Source: an uncultured bacterium
GTDB lineage: Bacteria > DUMJ01
Assembly: GCA_964655195.1 (NCBI GenBank)
Contig: CAZZLK010000049.1
Span: 1 to 37,678, forward strand
Reading direction: 5' to 3'
Length of the DNA: 37,678 bases
The notes under the pieces are model-generated. The model did not search any database. It was not told where the DNA came from and saw nothing but the letters and a program-made list of their open reading frames with translations. This document shows positions 17,329-24,425 of this stretch, in pieces (positions within the stretch are counted from its first letter, which is position 1; every line of letters begins with the position of its first letter). A program made the position numbers and the translations under genes.

Positions 17329-18495
17329 TCAAAAACCAGAATCAACCTTCAATACATAGACATCGCTCTCTCCTGCTCCAAAGGAGGTGGTCTGGCCGGC
17401 TATGATATATCCACCGTCAAAAGCCTCACATACAGAAGCACCCACATCGTCCTGGCTGCCACCACAGGTCTTTTCCTTAATTAGATTTCCATCTACATCC
17501 AATTTTAATATCCACACATCTGCTCCTTCACTCTCTGAGGCATTAGTCCTTCCTACCACAACATAACATCTGTCTGTGGTCTCTTTTACATCTATTGCCA
17601 CATCCCAACCACTACCACCAAATGTCTTATCCCATATCAGGTTACCCTCTTCATCAAGTTTTGCTACGTAAGCACTATAAGTATCAGAGATACCTTTGTA
17701 ACCTGAGAATATATATCCACCGTCAGAAGTTTTATTCATAGAAATTGGAAACACACTAATATCAGTATCCAGAATCTTCTCCCATAAGATATTACCATCC
17801 TTATCAAGTTTTAGCAGATAGATATCTCTGTCCTCCTCTGAACCTTTATATGCGAGAACAAGGAATCCACCATCAGGAGTTAAAAGAGCTACTCTTCCCA
17901 TCTCTTCATCATCACCACCAATAGTCTTTTCCCATAATATCTCCCCATCTCTATTAAGTCTCAATAAGTAGATATCAAGGTCCTCTTCTGGAGAGGGATT
18001 TGCCCCACCACAGATAATATATCCACCATCTGAAGTCTCCCGGATAGAAAATGCCTCATCGTACCCTTTCCCACCAAATCTCTTTTCCCAGATAAGATTT
18101 CCATCTGCATCTAATTTCAACAGATAGATATCTTCTTCTACAGCTCCAAAGGAATTCGTCATCCCAACAATTGCATATCCCCTATCTAAAGTCTCTATAA
18201 TAGACTCTGCATAATCATAATCTGTTCCTCCAAAATTCTTCTCCCAGATCAGATTCCCCATCTCATCGAGCTTTAACACATAGATATCACCTTCTGTCCC
18301 ATAAGATCTTGTCTCCCCTGCTAAGATATAGCATTGGTCAGAAGTTTTTTCCATCGAAACTGCCATATCCCAGCCTCCACCTCCAAATGTCTTCTCCCAG
18401 GTCACAGTTACGCCTTCCTGAGTAAGTCCTAATGGAGAAAAGACAGCGATACATATCAGTAATGATAAACCTATAAAAGAGGATCTGTAAAACAT
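17329..18495 (-). CDS. Secreted 7-bladed beta-propeller repeat protein (SBBP-like repeats)
   Basis: Signal peptide MFYRSSFIGLSLLICIAVFSPLGLTQEG followed by seven tandem 49-52-aa repeats. GGAGGTG upstream. Confidence 0.7.
   Translation of the reverse strand: MFYRSSFIGLSLLICIAVFSPLGLTQEGVTVTWEKTFGGGGWDMAVSMEKTSDQCYILAGETRSYGTEGDIYVLKLDEMGNLIWEKNFGGTDYDYAESIIETLDRGYAIVGMTNSFGAVEEDIYLLKLDADGNLIWEKRFGGKGYDEAFSIRETSDGGYIICGGANPSPEEDLDIYLLRLNRDGEILWEKTIGGDDEEMGRVALLTPDGGFLVLAYKGSEEDRDIYLLKLDKDGNILWEKILDTDISVFPISMNKTSDGGYIFSGYKGISDTYSAYVAKLDEEGNLIWDKTFGGSGWDVAIDVKETTDRCYVVVGRTNASESEGADVWILKLDVDGNLIKEKTCGGSQDDVGASVCEAFDGGYIIAGQTTSFGAGESDVYVLKVDSGF
17332..18399 (-). repeat. Seven intragenic tandem repeats of about 150 nt (49-52 codons) encoding propeller blades
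   Basis: Repeat consensus W-E-K-x-F-G-G-x-x-x-D-x-A-x-S-x-x-x-T-x-D-G-G-Y-I-x-x-G-x-T-x-S-x-x-x-x-x-x-D-I-Y-L-L-K-L-D-x-x-G-N-L-I. Units start at residues 33, 84, 136, 188, 238, 288 and 340. Confidence 0.85.
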
Positions 18496-18528
18496 CTCGC
18501 ACCTCCAAAAATAAAAAATGTTTTTTAA

Positions 18529-18537
18529 AGTATAACA
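18529..18537 (-). promoter_or_regulatory. Putative extended -10 (TGTTATACT, minus strand) for the propeller operon
   Basis: Plus-strand AGTATAACA is TGTTATACT on the minus strand. It lies 33 nt upstream of the ATG, with the SD in between. Confidence 0.4.
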
Positions 18538-18604
18538 TAATTATCAAAAACATACCACTGATTCTTCTTTGATACAGCGTATAGTATTAAATCTTCCATT
18601 TTTC

Positions 18605-18613
18605 TGCTAAAAT
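18605..18613 (+). promoter_or_regulatory. Putative extended -10 (TGCTAAAAT) only 10 nt upstream of ATG 18624
   Basis: TG-C-TAAAAT at 18605-18613. There is no SD between it and the ATG. Confidence 0.4.
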
Positions 18614-18623
18614 ATTCTTTAAG

Positions 18624-19553
18624 ATGGATATAAAGATTATTACCCTATCCAGGGAGTTTGGTTGTAACGGCACAGAAGTAGCGGAGAGATTGGCTAGAAG
18701 GCTAAAATTTCTCTTCATAAATAAAAGCTATATTAACGAGGCTATGATCAGATACGGCTTAACTGAAGAGCAGTTGGAGTCTCTGGAAGAGAGCTCCTTA
18801 CAGCCCTTTAATGAGACGAGAAAGAAATACATAGAACTTATGAATGAGGTTATACTCAATCTGGCGAAAGAGAAGCCCATTGTACTTTTAGGGAGAGGAG
18901 GGCAGTTTCTCTTTAAAGATCATCCTTATGCATTCCATGTAAAGCTTATAGGCTCTATTGAAAATAGGGTAAAAGCAGTGATGGCTCAGTATAAACTGGA
19001 TAAAGTCAGCGCATTGAAACTCATATCAGAACAGGACCGTAGACGAGATCTATATATAAATAAGATCTTTGGAGGAGACTGGCACGATCCTTCTCTTTAT
19101 AGTCTTATAATAAATATGGACTATTTTGATGTATCTAGTGCAGTCAAGATGATAATACGTTCAATAAGACTTGCAGAAAGAAATACTCCTGAACAGGTAG
19201 AGATAGATACCGAAACCCTTAGGGATGCTACAGGCTCTGTACCTCATTTTGCCCATTCATCTGAAGAAGAATTCGCAAAGCTCTTGGATTTTTACAGGAT
19301 AAGATGGCTCTATGAACCAAAGACATTTATCCTCGAGTGCGATAGCGAGGGGAATATAACCTCTGCGTTTACCCCAGATTTTTATCTACCAGACTTCGAT
19401 CTTTACATAGAGCTTACGACTCAGAGGCAGAGATTGGTTAACTATAAGAATAGAAAAATCAAAAGACTTAAAGAATTGTACCCAAACGTAAATATAAAGA
19501 TGATCTACGGGAAGGATTATAAAAATATACTCCGCAAGTTTGGTCTTGTATGA
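18624..19553 (+). CDS. Fusion protein: cytidylate kinase-like (family 2) N-terminal domain plus PD-(D/E)xK-like C-terminal domain
   Basis: The N-terminus MDIKIITLSREFGCNGTEVAERLA and LGRGGQF resemble the Cytidylate_kin2 family. The C-terminal ~110 aa carry SSEEEFAKLL...WLYEPKTF...FTPDFYLPDFDLYIELT, a nuclease-fold-like pattern. Confidence 0.55.
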   Translation: MDIKIITLSREFGCNGTEVAERLARRLKFLFINKSYINEAMIRYGLTEEQLESLEESSLQPFNETRKKYIELMNEVILNLAKEKPIVLLGRGGQFLFKDHPYAFHVKLIGSIENRVKAVMAQYKLDKVSALKLISEQDRRRDLYINKIFGGDWHDPSLYSLIINMDYFDVSSAVKMIIRSIRLAERNTPEQVEIDTETLRDATGSVPHFAHSSEEEFAKLLDFYRIRWLYEPKTFILECDSEGNITSAFTPDFYLPDFDLYIELTTQRQRLVNYKNRKIKRLKELYPNVNIKMIYGKDYKNILRKFGLV

Positions 19554-20059
19554 AAGAGAGGCTTCTGATATCAAAAGAGGAGATCAATAAAAGGATAGAA
19601 GAGCTCGGAAGGATAATCTCCGAGGACTACTCAGGGAAAGAGCCAATCCTGGTCTGTATCCTGAAAGGGGCTGTATATTTTGCCATCGACCTCACCCGTC
19701 ATCTTACCATACCATTCGTTATAGACTTTATGTCCATATCCAAGTATAGTGGTAGCTCTTCAGGGATAGTGAGAATAACAAAGGATCTAGATGTAGACAT
19801 ATCTCAAAGGGACGTAATTATTGTAGAGGATATAGTAGATACCGGGTTGACCCTAGGGTATCTTATGAGAAACCTGAGGACAAGAAACCCTCTATCTCTT
19901 AAGGTATGCACACTTTTAGACTGTCCCAGCAGACGCATAGTAGATATCCCCATAGATTATAGGGGTTTTGAAATACCTGATGTATTTGTGGTAGGATACG
20001 GATTGGATTATAGAGAGAGATATAGGAATCTTCTGGATATAATGGTTCTGGAAGAATAA
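19550..20059 (+). CDS. hpt: Hypoxanthine phosphoribosyltransferase
   Basis: 169 aa. Blocks PILVCILKGAVYFAIDL and the PRPP-binding motif VIIVEDIVDTGLTL. The ATG overlaps the upstream stop (ATGA). Confidence 0.9.
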   Translation: MKERLLISKEEINKRIEELGRIISEDYSGKEPILVCILKGAVYFAIDLTRHLTIPFVIDFMSISKYSGSSSGIVRITKDLDVDISQRDVIIVEDIVDTGLTLGYLMRNLRTRNPLSLKVCTLLDCPSRRIVDIPIDYRGFEIPDVFVVGYGLDYRERYRNLLDIMVLEE

Positions 20060-20064
20060 AAAAT

Positions 20065-20091
20065 TTTGGGCTAGGAACCCCCTAGCCCAAA
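20065..20091. terminator. Terminator-like hairpin downstream of hpt
   Basis: TTTGGGCTAGG-aaccc-CCTAGCCCAAA forms an 11-bp stem. The T-run lies on the minus-strand side (plus strand AAAAAA precedes the stem), so in the hpt direction it lacks a canonical U-tract. Confidence 0.5.
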
Positions 20092-20166
20092 TATATGAAG
20101 AGGAGGTTTAAGAGATAACTAGACTGCCAAGTTAGTAAAATCTTACTTAAATTATCTATTTATAGA

Positions 20167-20241
20167 TTAAGAGAGAAATGTTAAGAGAAAAATAAGAGTA
20201 TATTAAGAAATATTTAAGATTTTGTTAAGTGTTCTTTAAAG
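20167..20241 (+). repeat. Array of seven TTAAGA-type direct repeats, six consecutive intervals of exactly 11 bp
   Basis: Units start at 20167 (TTAAGAG), 20181 (TTAAGAG), 20192 (ATAAGAG), 20203 (TTAAGAA), 20214 (TTAAGAT), 20225 (TTAAGTG) and 20236 (TTAAAG). The array ends 20 nt before the SD of the M55 peptidase gene. Confidence 0.8.
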
Positions 20242-20273
20242 TCATCCGGCAGTTTTTAAAGGAGGTGAATCAT

Positions 20274-21062
20274 TTGAAGATTTATATCTCAGCCGATTTG
20301 GAAGGAGCCTGTTGTGTGGTAGGCGAAGCTGGAAAACCTCTAATGCCCGGTAGCAAACAGTACGAATTTGCCAGAAGAGAACTTACTCAGGAAGTCAACA
20401 GCGCCATAGAAGCCTTAAAGGAATGTGGAGTAGAAGAAATAATAGTTGATGATGAACACGATGGGGGAACAGAGATCCTGATCTACGAGGAGTTATTACC
20501 GGGCGTCAAGATATTTCTAGGAAATCCAAGACCCAGAAGATTTCCCGCACTTGATAGTTCATTTGATGGAATGATTCTTATTGGGTATCATCCTATGGCT
20601 GGAGTAAAAAGTGGTATTCTGTCTCACAGTTATTCATCCATAGGGATACAGCGGATGTGGCTAAATAATGTAGAGATAGGAGAGATAGGATTGGATGCTA
20701 GTCTGGCAGGGGTATTGGATGTACCTGTCATATTTGTCTCTAGTTGCAGTAAGGGAGTAGAAGAGGCTAAAAGAATCCTCGGGGATATAGAGACTGTTGC
20801 CGTAAAGGAAGGATTTGGCAGGAATTGCGCGCTTTCTCTACATCCAAAAGATGCCCAGAAACTGATATATGAAGGGGTAAAAAGAGCGGTACAGCGCGTA
20901 AGAGAGTTTAAGCCACTAAAATTCTCTCCTCCATTTGAGCTTAAAATTGAGTTCAAGTTAGAATCTCTGGCTGAGGAGGAAGCTAAAAAGATTGGGGTAG
21001 AAAGGATTGACCCCAGGACTATTATAAAAAGATCAGATAATATATTCGATTTGATAGGTTAG
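20274..21062 (+). CDS. Peptidase M55 (DppA-type D-aminopeptidase) family protein
   Basis: TTG start at 20274 with GGAGGTG 6 nt upstream gives the N-terminus (M)KIYISADLEGA, the canonical M55 start. Also IGYHPMAG and GEIG. The tracked GTG at 20229 has no SD and lies inside the repeat array. Confidence 0.8.
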   Translation: MKIYISADLEGACCVVGEAGKPLMPGSKQYEFARRELTQEVNSAIEALKECGVEEIIVDDEHDGGTEILIYEELLPGVKIFLGNPRPRRFPALDSSFDGMILIGYHPMAGVKSGILSHSYSSIGIQRMWLNNVEIGEIGLDASLAGVLDVPVIFVSSCSKGVEEAKRILGDIETVAVKEGFGRNCALSLHPKDAQKLIYEGVKRAVQRVREFKPLKFSPPFELKIEFKLESLAEEEAKKIGVERIDPRTIIKRSDNIFDLIG

Positions 21063-21072
21063 GAGGCCAGAA

Positions 21073-21789
21073 GTGAAAAACGAACATATTTTATGGGCAA
21101 TAATACTGGGATTAAGTATAATCATCAGTGCTGGTATCGGCTCTTATACATTCTATCAGGTGAAGTCTCTAGAAAATACCCTCAGTGTAACAGGCTCTGC
21201 CAGGATAAGGGTAACATCTGATATAGTCAGATGGGTTGGAGTATTCAGCAGGAATGTTCCAGAAGACTCCTTAAGCAAGGGATACCAGCAGATAAGTAGA
21301 GACTTGAGTAAAGTCCTAGAATTTTATAAAGAAAACGGGATTGATACAAAAGACGTTATGATATCTCCAGTATCTGTAGAGAAACCATGGATATATAATA
21401 GGGAGGCTCCCAGAGAGTATATCCTGAGACAGACAGTGGAGCTTCAGTCTAAAGAGGTAGAGAAGATAACCAGTCTGGCAAAGAATTTTCAGGGACTCCT
21501 AGATAGAGGGGTTCTATTCTCTACAGAGTCTCTCGAGTATTACTATTCAAAACTTCCAGAATTGAGGGTATCCTTACTTACAGAGGCGATGAACGATGCC
21601 AAGGCAAGAGCAGAAAGAATTGCCCAGAGTACAGGACAAAGGGTAGGAAGGCTAAAATCTGCAAGTATGGGGGTAGTTCAGGTATTGGCTCCAAACTCAA
21701 CGGAAGTGAGTGATTACGGGACGTACGATACAACTACTATTGAAAAAGAGATAATGGTAGCAGTGAGAGCAGTATTTATCTTGAAATAA
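21073..21789 (+). CDS. SIMPL domain (DUF541) protein with N-terminal membrane anchor
   Basis: GTG start with TAGGAGG upstream and one TM helix (ILWAIILGLSIIISAGIGSYTF). Blocks LSVTGSARIRV and AMNDAKARAERIAQSTGQRVGRL resemble the SIMPL family. Confidence 0.6.
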   Translation: MKNEHILWAIILGLSIIISAGIGSYTFYQVKSLENTLSVTGSARIRVTSDIVRWVGVFSRNVPEDSLSKGYQQISRDLSKVLEFYKENGIDTKDVMISPVSVEKPWIYNREAPREYILRQTVELQSKEVEKITSLAKNFQGLLDRGVLFSTESLEYYYSKLPELRVSLLTEAMNDAKARAERIAQSTGQRVGRLKSASMGVVQVLAPNSTEVSDYGTYDTTTIEKEIMVAVRAVFILK

Positions 21790-21797
21790 AGATCAGT

Positions 21798-22943
21798 CTA
21801 GGTTATAACTGGAGCCATATACACGTTACAGACCCCTTCCCTGTCAGATGTAAATATCACATTCTTACCATCGGGGGTAAATATTGGATGAGGATGCGAT
21901 TCCTGCGTTAACCAGGAAGAACCATGATGACATAGAGGTCTCACTTCACACATATCATCCCTGTGTCTTATAAGTCCTATGTAATCTCTTCCATCTTTAA
22001 ACTCAGGGGTCGGGAAGGCACCATCTCCAACAAAGAGGTCTTCTGTTGGGTTTGTCTGAATATGAGTCGGTGATGGACCAGGATATCTGTACTTCCCCAA
22101 GATGGTCCCATCTGTATCCATTATAACATCAAAGAATGTCCACCCTGTAGATCTTGATGTCTCTCTAACACTATACTGAGTAACAACCTTACCACTTCTA
22201 GTAAAATATTCGTGTCCCGCTCTCTCCAGGTATCTTTTCTGTTGTAAGATCGGGTATATCTCATGAGTATCTGCCCTTACTATCCACATCCTCTGAACAA
22301 GATGCCAAGGACCTTCATGACAGAACAGTATTATATCCGGATCCACCGGGCTTATATTTACATGGCTTATCCATTCCCTCTCCCCCCAAACTGCTTCTAT
22401 CCTCTCACCTTTCAAATCCACCCTCATTATAACACTGGTAGGTCTTCTGTACAGGTGTTCTAACATCTGAGAGTACTGAGCGCCTGTTCCTGTACTCATT
22501 TCCAGGTCCTCTGAGTAGACAAAGGCAAGATACTTTCCATCTCCAGATAGTGAGAGTATACCTGTATGAAAACCTGAAGGAGCTACATAGATCTCTTCAG
22601 TCTTCAATGTCTGCAGATCTACGGACTTTAGTATCCTCCCATCCCAGTAATAGGCAATAAGTTTCTTTGGATCAAGGCAGGACTTGTGGGGGAATATATT
22701 GAAATCGTCCGTGAGCTGAACCATAAGCCCCGTATCTACCTCAAGACTGAATAACTGCCATCTACCCGATCTCGTAGACTCTATTAGTAGTATCTTGGAA
22801 TCTTCAGAGACAAGTGTTTGAGTAAAATATGGATGAATACTGTTCCCTACCCCATCGGTGAGTCTTGTAACCATAACCCCTGTATCCTTATCCTTCTCTC
22901 TGAGAAATTCTATACGAAATGTCTTACCCTTCATCCAGGACAC
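21798..22943 (-). CDS. Oligogalacturonate lyase-like protein (PL22/Ogl family beta-propeller)
   Basis: Collinear with enterobacterial Ogl as I remember it. Shared blocks: MxxGKxF...D..TG..VTRLT near the N-terminus, FCHEGPW, GHEYF, CHHGSSW and HPHPIFTPDGKNVIFTSD. Confidence 0.65.
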   Translation of the reverse strand: MSWMKGKTFRIEFLREKDKDTGVMVTRLTDGVGNSIHPYFTQTLVSEDSKILLIESTRSGRWQLFSLEVDTGLMVQLTDDFNIFPHKSCLDPKKLIAYYWDGRILKSVDLQTLKTEEIYVAPSGFHTGILSLSGDGKYLAFVYSEDLEMSTGTGAQYSQMLEHLYRRPTSVIMRVDLKGERIEAVWGEREWISHVNISPVDPDIILFCHEGPWHLVQRMWIVRADTHEIYPILQQKRYLERAGHEYFTRSGKVVTQYSVRETSRSTGWTFFDVIMDTDGTILGKYRYPGPSPTHIQTNPTEDLFVGDGAFPTPEFKDGRDYIGLIRHRDDMCEVRPLCHHGSSWLTQESHPHPIFTPDGKNVIFTSDREGVCNVYMAPVIT

Positions 22944-22952
22944 CTCTCTAGA

Positions 22953-23360
22953 CTAAGATCTTGCCTGTAAAGAATCGGGCATAATCTGCATAAGTTCAAT
23001 TCTATTCCCATCTGGATCGGTTATCCAGTATTGATAGTTTCCGTCTTTACCCTTATTGGGTTTACCCTGAATAGTTAACCCCCTACTTGAAAGTTCACCC
23101 AGTGTCCTTTCTATATCGTCTACAAGAAGGCACAGATGCTGAAAGCTCCTATTTTCATATCCTTTCTCTAATTCTCCCTTATAGGGGAATAGCTCTATAA
23201 AGTTATTTTCGCTTATCTTTAGATAGACGATCCAGAGTTCTCCCTGATCATTGTATAATCTGAATGCCTCCTTAAAACCCAAGATACCACAATAAAACTT
23301 CAGGGATTCATCTAAATTTGAGACCCTATAGGCTATATGTCCTATACCTGTAATCATCAT
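22953..23360 (-). CDS. VOC family protein (glyoxalase/bleomycin resistance/dioxygenase fold)
   Basis: 135 aa. GIGHIAYRVSNLDESLKFYCGILGF at the N-terminus and FQHLCLLVDDI...DPDGNRIEL at the C-terminus. Confidence 0.75.
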   Translation of the reverse strand: MMITGIGHIAYRVSNLDESLKFYCGILGFKEAFRLYNDQGELWIVYLKISENNFIELFPYKGELEKGYENRSFQHLCLLVDDIERTLGELSSRGLTIQGKPNKGKDGNYQYWITDPDGNRIELMQIMPDSLQARS

Positions 23361-23366
23361 TACCTC

Positions 23367-24425
23367 CTACTGGACCAGAGATTTTACTACCGATTCAATC
23401 AATCTATACCCATCTTTTATCTCACTTATCTTTGCAAATTCTCTTTTAGAATGGGCTTCACTACCACTTATCCCCAGAAGTAGAGTAGGTATCCCCTGCT
23501 CATTAAATATATTTGCATCGCTTCCTCCCCCCATATATATCGTGTTGGGATTAAAACCATTACTCTTAATGACATCGATAGTCTTCTTCAAAAAATCACT
23601 GTCTTTTAGATCGAAACGGGTATATTCCTTTCTGTACTCCAGCTTGGTCTTACCCCCTCCCTCTTCTACTATGCTGGATGCCTTCTCCAGATTGGTAAGT
23701 AAGGTGTGAAGGTATCCCTCGTCTCTGCTTCTATACTCTCCTCTTATTTCTACCTCATCTGGTATTATATTTGTAGCCCTACCCCCAGAGATTACACCAA
23801 CATTTCCGGTGGTCATATCGTTTATCCTGCCTATGGGGAGAGAAAGAATCAGCTTAGAAGCTAACTGTACTGCATTTACACCTCTCTCTGGATATGCTCC
23901 TGCATGAGCTGATACCCCATAGATCCTGTATGTCCAGGTATATTGAGAAGGGGCACCTATAATAACATTACCGACAGGACCACCTGCATCTAAGGTAAAA
24001 CCACACGGAGCCTTTATCATATCTCTCTTTATCGCCTTAGCTCCAACAAGTCCGATCTCCTCCTGAACTGTGAATATAACCTCTACCGGCAAAGGGTCAT
24101 CTTTATAATTCTCTAAAAGTTCCAAAATTACAGCGATACCTACTTTATCATCAGCTCCAAGAATCGTTCTACCATCAGATCTGATAATGTCGCCTTCTAT
24201 TATCGGATTCACATTATCACAGGGAGTTACTGTATCCATATGAGCATTGAGGAATAACCTTGGAGTTTTGCTGGATTCTATAAACATATTGCCCAGATCA
24301 TCCTGAGTAACAGAATACCCCCAACTTTCTACCATCTCTCTTATAAATCTAGCTACCTCGTGTTCTTTCCCAGATGGACTTGAAATCTTCAGTAATGAGA
24401 TCAATCTCTCTATAATTCTTTCCAC
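23367..24425 (-). CDS. M20-family metallopeptidase (peptidase T-like)
   Basis: 352 aa with blocks LNAHMDTV, GADDKVGIAVILE, FTVQEEIGLVGAK and GVSAHAG. Confidence 0.75.
   Translation of the reverse strand: MERIIERLISLLKISSPSGKEHEVARFIREMVESWGYSVTQDDLGNMFIESSKTPRLFLNAHMDTVTPCDNVNPIIEGDIIRSDGRTILGADDKVGIAVILELLENYKDDPLPVEVIFTVQEEIGLVGAKAIKRDMIKAPCGFTLDAGGPVGNVIIGAPSQYTWTYRIYGVSAHAGAYPERGVNAVQLASKLILSLPIGRINDMTTGNVGVISGGRATNIIPDEVEIRGEYRSRDEGYLHTLLTNLEKASSIVEEGGGKTKLEYRKEYTRFDLKDSDFLKKTIDVIKSNGFNPNTIYMGGGSDANIFNEQGIPTLLLGISGSEAHSKREFAKISEIKDGYRLIESVVKSLVQ

Noticed and set aside
20095-20118. Mini-ORF MKRRFKR followed by a GAGGAGG-like stretch after the hpt hairpin.
   Set aside because: It is only seven codons with no SD upstream of its ATG, and the GAGGAGG lies inside it. 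Most likely fortuitous.
20229-20273. GTG start at 20229 for the second M55 peptidase.
   Set aside because: It has no SD and lies within the TTAAGA repeat array. TTG 20274 has GGAGGTG upstream and yields the canonical M55 N-terminus KIYISADLEG.
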